Below are positions 21,372-28,303 of a stretch of DNA of 64,000 bases, one piece after another (positions within the stretch are counted from its first letter, which is position 1; each line of letters begins with the position of its first letter). This DNA is from Oscillospiraceae bacterium (GTDB taxonomy: Bacteria; Bacillota; Clostridia; Oscillospirales; UBA929). The DNA is taken from positions 6,532-70,531 of the forward strand of contig WRLU01000007.1 in the NCBI GenBank assembly GCA_009777475.1. The letters run 5' to 3'. A program made the position numbers and the translations under genes. The notes under the pieces are model-generated. The model saw only the letters and a program-made list of their open reading frames with translations, had not been told where the DNA came from and did not search any database.

Positions 21372-21625
21372 CTAAATAAGCAAGAGAGCCTTTCGGCTCT
21401 CCTGTAAGGTTGGCATTTGGCAGGCGTAGCATTCTCCTGCGTCTCTCGGGTTGCCCCTGTCAATACCAGCGGCGTGTGGTCGCTACGAAATCCACCACCT
21501 CAAACACCCAACCTTATTGTTCGACAGGATAAAGGGTTGTCGGCAGGGCCGGCTGTTCCTGCATCACTTTTGGCCGCTGGGGCGCGTGGATGCCGTTGTC
21601 CACCCCAACAACCCATTACCATCAT
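21372..21625 (-). ncRNA. Candidate structured RNA 'A' (~250 nt), family unassigned
   Basis: Begins just downstream of a near-consensus promoter and ends at GAGAGCC-GAAA-GGCTCTC plus TTGCTTATTT. It contains several perfect 7-9-bp long-range complementarities and no credible ORF. Confidence 0.5.
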
Positions 21626-21631
21626 ACGCAC

Positions 21632-21660
21632 ATTATAACACGCTTATTCTTTTTTGTAAA
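21632..21660 (-). promoter_or_regulatory. Promoter A (TTTACA-N17-TGT-TATAAT)
   Basis: Minus strand TTTACAAAAAAGAATAAGCGTGTTATAAT. It is identical at 23 of 29 positions to promoter B. Confidence 0.65.
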
Positions 21661-21827
21661 TAACTTTGTGAGTTAAAATATACCGTTGCAACCGAGGCTC
21701 CTTCATTTCCCACATGGTTATGATTGAGTTTTTCTTTTCTGCTGTTTCTGTACTCAATCTCAAAACGATTTCTGCTACATTGCTGTATCGCTTTATGACA
21801 CCCAGGCGGGGACCTGGACGCTGAGGG

Positions 21828-22868
21828 TCAAAAAAGGCGGTGCGGCACCCATACTCTCCTACGAATGGTCGAAGGCCAGCGGCAAGGGACCCGATGGCAG
21901 CTGGCTGCATCGGCTCGACCCAGCAATTCTCGCTCAATCCGCTTTTTATTGCTGAGTTCAATGGCATCACGGATGGCTTCTTGCTGTGTGTCTATTTTGC
22001 GAAAGATGGCATCGAGTTTTTTATCATCATCATCTTCCTGTTGGTTTTTCCATACTTTAGAGAGAAGCTCATAGAGTTCTTGACCATCCGGGAAGTCGTT
22101 ATATCCCAACAGCATATCGTCCCAAAGGCGAGGGGTGCTTATGGCGGCAACATATTCTGCTTCAGTGCTGTTTTGGTTTAAGTGAGCAAATGCGTAGTGC
22201 ATCACTTGGCGGTCTAAATTCATGCGTACACTCGCAGAGATTGCTCCAACGTTATACAAAAGTTGGGCTGCCTCCAGCATTTCTTGGGGCGAGGAAAACT
22301 TCAACCCACCTAAAATTTCTTTCTGTTGCGCTTCAGGGGAGAGTCCGGCTAAACCGTATTTCTCAGCATAGAACAATGCAGCGATGGGACTCATATAAGT
22401 GTTATCCCGTAGCCCTTGAATCTCTGTCGGCGTGAGAAAAGCATATGATTGGGGATTCGCCTCGTATTCTTCAACGGTCGCTGACTTATGAAAACCAGGG
22501 ATTCCTGCCTCGGCCAATTCGTTACGAAACTCTGATGTTATTTCCGCATATTTTAGCCTTGTAGATGCTGCCTCTGCTGAAAAACCAAGGTCGGGTATAT
22601 TGTTTTTTGTTTCAAAGTCATCCCCATGAAGCGTGGCGTATTTGGTATAAATTTCAGCATATTTATCCAGCCACATCAGCGTTTCAGCATCCAACTCGGA
22701 TCGCACCTCAGCGATGCGGTCAGCAGCAGACGGAACGGCGGTTGCGATAGTTTGCGATTTCTGCAGTTGTGCCAAGATTTTTGTGAAGCCATCACCGGCA
22801 ATGCCTGATGTTTTTGACGACTGTAAATTGTTCACAGAAGGCGTAGTAGTCAAGCCTGATATGTTCAA
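21828..22868 (-). CDS. Hypothetical protein (347 aa from TTG 22868, or 362 aa from ATG 22916)
   Basis: Long ORF with protein-like composition. TTG at 22868 (MNISGLTTTPS...) lies 6 nt after GAGGAGGA, whereas ATG 22916 has no RBS. I recognise no family. Confidence 0.6.
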   Translation of the reverse strand: MNISGLTTTPSVNNLQSSKTSGIAGDGFTKILAQLQKSQTIATAVPSAADRIAEVRSELDAETLMWLDKYAEIYTKYATLHGDDFETKNNIPDLGFSAEAASTRLKYAEITSEFRNELAEAGIPGFHKSATVEEYEANPQSYAFLTPTEIQGLRDNTYMSPIAALFYAEKYGLAGLSPEAQQKEILGGLKFSSPQEMLEAAQLLYNVGAISASVRMNLDRQVMHYAFAHLNQNSTEAEYVAAISTPRLWDDMLLGYNDFPDGQELYELLSKVWKNQQEDDDDKKLDAIFRKIDTQQEAIRDAIELSNKKRIERELLGRADAASCHRVPCRWPSTIRRRVWVPHRLF

Positions 22869-22957
22869 ATTGCTTCCTCCTCGTATAAAGCTATATTTTC
22901 TGCGAAAAATTTTCATGCTTTTCGCAATGTATACATCGACCGAAACCCCATATGTCT

Positions 22958-23124
22958 TTAGGGAAAAAGGGCTGCGGTTATATTTGGAATACCGCAGCCC
23001 TTTTGTTTGGTTTTAGCCGATGAAGAGGTTTTGGCACTTTGGCGAGTGTACCCCTTCCCGCATTTCTTTTGACCCGAAGGGTGCGTAGCAGCACAATCTC
23101 TACTTCAAAGCACCAACCCATTGT
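22958..23124 (-). promoter_or_regulatory. Leader RNA 'B' with an intrinsic terminator (attenuator or riboswitch-like)
   Basis: Runs from promoter B to the AAAAGGGCTGCGGT / ACCGCAGCCCTTTT stem (22965-23004) plus a U-tract, about 50-100 nt ahead of the orphan ORF. Confidence 0.5.
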
Positions 23125-23130
23125 ACGTTG

Positions 23131-23159
23131 ATTATAACATACTTATTCCCATATGTAAA
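23131..23159 (-). promoter_or_regulatory. Promoter B (TTTACA-N17-TGT-TATAAT)
   Basis: Minus strand TTTACATATGGGAATAAGTATGTTATAAT. Confidence 0.65.
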
Positions 23160-23400
23160 GGGCTTTATTTTTGCCCTCCAGCCTTTTTAAGTTCCGCCCT
23201 CGGATTCGATAGAATGTCATAACGGAATTTTTCAAGCCCTTTTGGTTTGCCCCTTGCAGTATCAGGGCTTGTCCATTTTTCACGGAACCAGTTTTTTGCA
23301 AATTGAACGTCCAAAAATGGGCAAAATTTCTACTATTCCGGCAAGAAAAAGCGGCACAAGGCAAAGAGCTTACGGAGAACATCGACAAATCCGTGGGAGC

Positions 23401-23452
23401 AAAAACAAGGTTATAGCTCGCGCGGATTTAAAGGATAGTGACAACTATAACC
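23401..23452 (-). terminator. glmS terminator
   Basis: AGGTTATAG / CTATAACCT stem abutting the stop codon. The minus strand then reads TTGTTTTTG. Confidence 0.6.
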
Positions 23453-25264
23453 TCACTCCACCGTAACGCTTTTTGCTAAGTTTCGGGGCTTGTCTATATC
23501 CAGACCCTTATTTGCGGCTACATAATAAGCGAAAAGCTGTAAAACTATCGCAGAGAGAGACGGCGAAAACAATTCCGTACTCGGGGGCAGGGCTATGACC
23601 GAGAGCTTATCATCCTGTACTGCCTGAGGTACATTACCTATAAGTAACACCTTAGCTCCCCGACTTATTACCTGCTCTATGTTGCTCATGATTTTGCCGT
23701 GCAGGCGCGGACAGTTGGCAATTGCTACAACCAAGGTATCCTCCTCAATAAGAGAAATAGTGCCGTGTTTTAGCTCCCCGCCGGCATATGCCTCGGAGTG
23801 GATATAGGAGATCTCTTTGAGCTTCAGCGAACCCTCCAATGCGATTGCGTAATCTATATTTCTGCCGATAAAGAAAATACTCTTGCAGCCGACACACTCT
23901 GATGCGTGTTTCTGCACAAGGTCTATCTGTCCTAATATGTGCTCAGTTTTTTCGGGCAGAGCCTCTAATTCCGCCAAGAACCCTTTCGCTCCGGCGGGTG
24001 ATAATTCTCCTGCTTGGAGGGCAAAATGTATAGCTAAGCCGTACAATACCGCAAGCTGTGCCGAAAAAGCCTTTGTGGTGGCAACGGCTATCTCAGGTCC
24101 GGCTGCCGTGTATACGCAAAAGTCCGACTCTTTTGCTATAGTACTGCCGGTTACATTGACAATTGACAGGCAAACGGCACCCTTTGACCTCGCCTCACGC
24201 ATGGCGGCTATGGTATCGGCAGTCTCCCCCGACTGGCTGATGAGTATAACCAAGGTTTTTTCATCAATAATAGCATCTTTATACCTAAACTCGCTGGCAA
24301 GCTCAACATCAACAGGTATTCTGCACAGTTTTTCAATAACATATTTGCCCACAACCCCGGCGTTATATGCCGACCCGCAGGCAACTGCCGCGATTTTGTT
24401 AAACTTAGTAATATCTATTTTGTCAATAACCTCCCTGTTATTCCCTGGGTTTACAACGGAGCTAACTGTTTCCCGCAAGACCTTAGGCTGTTCTACAATT
24501 TCTTTTAGCATAAAATGTTCCCATCCGCCCTTTTCGGCACTGTCGGCACTCCATGATATGGTTTCCGCAGTCTTTTGGAGTGGTTCTCTGTTTATGTTGT
24601 AAAATTCTACACCATTGCGCTGCAAAACCGTTATCTCTTTGTCGTTGAGATAGTAGACCTTGTTGGTATGTTGCAGTACGGCGGGAACGTCTGAGGCTAT
24701 AAAATTCCCGTGATCCGAAACACCAATAATCAGCGGATTATCCTTTTTAATAGCGATAAGGGTATCGGGATGGTCAAGGCTCATAACCCCAAGGGCATAG
24801 GATCCCTCCAATGCGTTTGATACATGAATGACTGTTTCAAGTAAATCCCCATTGTAGTAATATTCGGCGAGCTGTGCGATTACCTCGCTGTCGGTCTGAG
24901 AGGCAAAGACCGCCCCTTTGTGCTCCAGCAGCTCCTTCAGTTGCTTGTAGTTTTCAATAATTCCGTTATGTACAATGGCAATTTTGCTCCGGCTTCCCAC
25001 ATGGGGATGAGAGTTTGTATCGGAGGGTTCGCCATGGGTTGCCCATCTGGTATGCCCGATGCCTATATTTCCCTTGATTGTACAATCACGCAGGCGTTCC
25101 TCCAACACATTCAAGCGGCCCTTTTGCTTTACTATATCAAAGCCATTGCCACCCCAAACGGCTATTCCCGCCGAATCATATCCTCTGTATTCAAGTTTTT
25201 TCAGCCCCTGTACAATAATCGGAACAGCGTCCCTCAGACCTACATAACCAATAATTCCGCACAT
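23453..25264 (-). CDS. glmS: Glutamine-fructose-6-phosphate aminotransferase
   Basis: MCGIIGYVG N-terminal nucleophile, two SIS domains and a C-terminal ...KPRNLAKSVTVE. ATG at 25264 has RBS AAAGGAGGA. Confidence 0.97.
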   Translation of the reverse strand: MCGIIGYVGLRDAVPIIVQGLKKLEYRGYDSAGIAVWGGNGFDIVKQKGRLNVLEERLRDCTIKGNIGIGHTRWATHGEPSDTNSHPHVGSRSKIAIVHNGIIENYKQLKELLEHKGAVFASQTDSEVIAQLAEYYYNGDLLETVIHVSNALEGSYALGVMSLDHPDTLIAIKKDNPLIIGVSDHGNFIASDVPAVLQHTNKVYYLNDKEITVLQRNGVEFYNINREPLQKTAETISWSADSAEKGGWEHFMLKEIVEQPKVLRETVSSVVNPGNNREVIDKIDITKFNKIAAVACGSAYNAGVVGKYVIEKLCRIPVDVELASEFRYKDAIIDEKTLVILISQSGETADTIAAMREARSKGAVCLSIVNVTGSTIAKESDFCVYTAAGPEIAVATTKAFSAQLAVLYGLAIHFALQAGELSPAGAKGFLAELEALPEKTEHILGQIDLVQKHASECVGCKSIFFIGRNIDYAIALEGSLKLKEISYIHSEAYAGGELKHGTISLIEEDTLVVAIANCPRLHGKIMSNIEQVISRGAKVLLIGNVPQAVQDDKLSVIALPPSTELFSPSLSAIVLQLFAYYVAANKGLDIDKPRNLAKSVTVE

Positions 25265-25369
25265 AGATAATCCTCCTTTTACAGTTGCGTTTAATTTGGC
25301 ATTCACCAGATGACGGTCGCGGAAAAATGCATGCTTTGCCACAAGTTAAAGCACTAGCGATAAACCACT

Positions 25370-26530
25370 CTATAGAGTTTTTATAAATTCCCTTAGGCGC
25401 GACAGTGCCTGTTTAATGTTATCAATAGAATATGCGTATGAGCATCTGACATGACCTTCCCCGCAATCACCAAATGCTGTTCCGGGAACAACCGCCAGCT
25501 GTTGTTCCCTTAACAGCCGGGTGCAAAAGTCTTCGCTGGACAAGCCAAACCTACTGATAGACGGAAAGAGGTAAAAGGCCCCCTTTGCCTCAAAACAGTC
25601 TATTTTCATTTTACGCAACTCATTCAACATAAAACGTCTTCTAGAGTTATACTCTCTTCGCATATGATCAACCCTTGTCGCCCCATTGCGGAGGGCCTCG
25701 ATTCCTGCGTATTGTGCAATGGTGGGTGCACACATCAGCACATATTGGTGTATCTTGGTCATAGCCTCAATAAGCGAAACAGGTCCGCAAGCGTAGCCAA
25801 GCCGCCAGCCGGTCATGGCAAATGCCTTTGAAAAACCGTTGAGAACTATTGTTTTTTCAGACAGCCCCGGAAAGGAGGCTATGCTTGTGTGTACCGCATC
25901 GCCGTATGTGAGCTCGGCATAGATTTCATCGCTGATTACAACAAGTGCCCTATCCCTAAGCAGGGAAGCTATCTCCTCTAAATCCCTGCCCTCAAGAATA
26001 GCGCCCGTGGGATTGCTTGGATAGCTTATCAGGATTGCTTTAGTTTTTGGAGTGAGTCTTTTCTCAATGTCCCCTGCGGTTACCCTAAAGCTGTTTTCGG
26101 CACTTGATGGGACCGAAACAGGCACACCGCCCGCCATAATTACACAGGGTTTATATGACACAAAGCAAGGTTCAACCACCAAAACCTCATCACCCGGTTC
26201 AACTATTGCCCGCAAGGCTATGTCGATGCCCTCGCTGGCACCGACTGTTACAACAATCTGTCTGTCCGGGTTATAGCTCAGGCTATACTTTGCCGACATA
26301 TAGCGGCTGATTTCATCACGCAGCTCAGGCATTCCGGAATTTGAAGTGTACATGGTGCGGCGGTTTTCCAGCGAAAATATAGCTTCCTCACGAATGTGCC
26401 ATGGTGTGGTAAAATCAGGTTCACCCACACCCAAGGAAACTACATCCTCCATTTCGGAAGCTATATCAAAAAATTTACGTATGCCGGAAGAGGGGAGATC
26501 CTGGACTACTTTCGATATAAAATCATTCAT
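25370..26530 (-). CDS. PLP-dependent aminotransferase, class I/II
   Basis: SKAFAMTGWRLGY (PLP-lysine motif), ..NPTG.. and a 386-aa size. Confidence 0.9.
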   Translation of the reverse strand: MNDFISKVVQDLPSSGIRKFFDIASEMEDVVSLGVGEPDFTTPWHIREEAIFSLENRRTMYTSNSGMPELRDEISRYMSAKYSLSYNPDRQIVVTVGASEGIDIALRAIVEPGDEVLVVEPCFVSYKPCVIMAGGVPVSVPSSAENSFRVTAGDIEKRLTPKTKAILISYPSNPTGAILEGRDLEEIASLLRDRALVVISDEIYAELTYGDAVHTSIASFPGLSEKTIVLNGFSKAFAMTGWRLGYACGPVSLIEAMTKIHQYVLMCAPTIAQYAGIEALRNGATRVDHMRREYNSRRRFMLNELRKMKIDCFEAKGAFYLFPSISRFGLSSEDFCTRLLREQQLAVVPGTAFGDCGEGHVRCSYAYSIDNIKQALSRLREFIKTL

Positions 26531-27009
26531 GGCGAAACAATCATCCTTTCATCGCCCCCATCCTGCTCAAAAATAATCCTATGGTTTTTATATGTTTTCA
26601 TCACAAAATGGGTTGTTGTGCTGAGAACAGATTCAAGGGAGGCTATCTTGTCGGAAACAAACAGCGAAATTTCCTTTAGGCTGTTACCTTCGACAATGAC
26701 TGATAAATCGTATCCTCCCGACATAAGATAAACTGCCTTGACCTCATCAAATCGAGCTATTCTTCCGGCGATTTTGTTAAACCCCTGACCGCGCGCCGGA
26801 GTAACCTTTACCTCAATAAGTGCGGTTAGAAAATCGCTGCCGGCATTCTCCCAGTTAATACAGGCGCAGTATCCGCATATTATTTGCTCTTCCTCCATTT
26901 TTGTAATCTCAGACCTAACCTCGGCCTCCGGCAGACCCAGCCGTACAGAGATTTCCTCCGGTGTCAGCTTGGCATTGTGTTCTAACAGGGATAAAATATC
27001 GTTACGCAT
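26527..27009 (-). CDS. Lrp/AsnC-family transcriptional regulator
   Basis: N-terminal HTH (ILSLLEHNAKLTPEEISVRLGLPEAEVRSEI) plus an AsnC-type ligand domain. ATGA overlap with the aminotransferase gene. Confidence 0.9.
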   Translation of the reverse strand: MRNDILSLLEHNAKLTPEEISVRLGLPEAEVRSEITKMEEEQIICGYCACINWENAGSDFLTALIEVKVTPARGQGFNKIAGRIARFDEVKAVYLMSGGYDLSVIVEGNSLKEISLFVSDKIASLESVLSTTTHFVMKTYKNHRIIFEQDGGDERMIVSP

Positions 27010-27314
27010 TATTTCACATCCTCCTGTACTATCTGTTCATGCTTTAGCTTCCGGGCAAAACCATCAATTTTCCCAAAATGGAAAAGCATCCAAGGCAGTG
27101 ATATTATATCAGAGGCTCTTGAAAAAAGCAACCGAAAGCCTCAAGCCCGCCACCACTTTTCCTGAAAAAACGAAAAAACCCACCACTTTCTCAATCTATA
27201 AAAAATAATTCTGTAGCCCCCCTTATCTCTGCATAGCCGGGGCGAGGGGCTTTTTGGAACACATACACAGGATAGCTCATACTATGGTAATATCAAGGCG
27301 TGAAAAGGAGCTGT

Positions 27315-27497
27315 ATGCGCATGAGAAAGCGGGGCGTAAGATGGGCCGGCGGCAGACGCTGCGGTCATATATGGGGATCGGTTACACTTATAGCGGCAGC
27401 CGGGCTGTTTTTGGCAGTTGTTTATCCCTTAGGGCTTCTGATGCTGTTTTTAGGGGCAGTCATCGCCTGTATTTTGTTTTGCTTTTTGTATGAATAA
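27315..27497 (+). CDS. Possible small two-TM membrane protein
   Basis: Basic N-terminus followed by two hydrophobic segments, with AAAGGAG upstream. The start (27315 or 27321) is uncertain. Confidence 0.3.
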   Translation: MRMRKRGVRWAGGRRCGHIWGSVTLIAAAGLFLAVVYPLGLLMLFLGAVIACILFCFLYE

Positions 27498-27598
27498 ACA
27501 GCTGCCGTCATTGTATGGGTGTGTACCATCCGCCTAATGGCAAAATAGCACCGGACTCGGATACAGGCAGAATCGCTATATAAAGGAGGTGACCAGCC

Positions 27599-27682
27599 TT
27601 GAAAATCGTTGTTTGGAGGTCCCCCAGGCTTTTGAGGGGATTGTTCCGGAGAATGTTTGGTATCAGGGATGAAGGAATTTAA
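27599..27682 (+). CDS. spoVM: Stage V sporulation protein M-like 27-aa peptide (not in the ORF track)
   Basis: TTG start 6 nt after AAAGGAGGTGA. MKIVVWRSPRLLRGLFRRMFGIRDEGI resembles the SpoVM amphipathic pattern (MK..xIKLPKFLxGxxRxxxG). A hairpin follows. Confidence 0.6.
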   Translation: MKIVVWRSPRLLRGLFRRMFGIRDEGI

Positions 27683-27691
27683 GACATCAAA

Positions 27692-27719
27692 AAGATAACC
27701 GCGAATTTGCGGTTATCTT
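27692..27719 (+). terminator. Stem-loop after the spoVM-like ORF
   Basis: AAGATAACCGC / GCGGTTATCTT. Confidence 0.5.
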
Positions 27720-27783
27720 AGCTTGTTAACATGACCACCAACCATAGAAGCCTGACAAGCCTGCTTCAATATCCTCAACAGGC

Positions 27784-28257
27784 CTAATGGTCGCTTAACA
27801 CCTTTTCTAAGTTAATCAGGAGCTTATTGCCGTGGTCAGTCCTGGCAATAGACTTAATATACCGGTTTTGCTGTGCAGCCGCCGCGGCGGGGTCTCCTAT
27901 CTGACTGTCGTCAATCACCAAAACATCCCGGATGGTATCAACGATTAAGCCTATCGAGGTGTTCAAGTGGTTTACCACAATAATACAAGTGCGGTCATCA
28001 TATTCCTGAGGCATCTTATTGAAACGGAGCCTTACGTCCATGACCGGTGTAATTTTACCGCGTAGATTGATGAGCCCCTTAATATAAGAGGGTATATCGG
28101 GAACATCGGTAATAGGCTGTATGCCGATAATCTCCGTGACATAGGCGATTTCCATACCGTATTCCTCATCGCTCACGCAAAAGGTCAGGTATTTCCCCTG
28201 TGTTTCATTAAAATCTCCGCCCAAAAGGTCGTTCAGTTCATCCATACTGAATAACAT
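27784..28257 (-). CDS. cheW: Chemotaxis coupling protein CheW
   Basis: YLTFCVSDEEYGMEIAYVTEIIGIQPITDVPDIPSYIKGLINLRGKI is a CheW domain. Confidence 0.9.
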   Translation of the reverse strand: MLFSMDELNDLLGGDFNETQGKYLTFCVSDEEYGMEIAYVTEIIGIQPITDVPDIPSYIKGLINLRGKITPVMDVRLRFNKMPQEYDDRTCIIVVNHLNTSIGLIVDTIRDVLVIDDSQIGDPAAAAAQQNRYIKSIARTDHGNKLLINLEKVLSDH

Positions 28258-28303
28258 CCTCTCTTAACAAAATGTTTGTTTGCCCGCCAATGGCCTCGCA
28301 TTC

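Noticed and set aside
21517-21528. A TGTCGAA (Spo0A-box) match inside RNA A.
   Set aside because: A 7-mer is expected several times by chance in 64 kb, and there is no cluster or promoter context.
21644-21970. 108-aa minus-strand ORF.
   Set aside because: It spans promoter A and the hairpin region, has no RBS and has an unconvincing composition.
23883-24602. 239-aa plus-strand ORF.
   Set aside because: It lies entirely antisense to glmS, whose identity is unambiguous, and it is Ser/Ala/Thr-rich as expected for an antisense frame.
25265-25369. Possible glmS ribozyme upstream of glmS.
   Set aside because: Only ~105 nt separate glmS from the upstream stop codon, and I could not find the conserved ribozyme core sequences.
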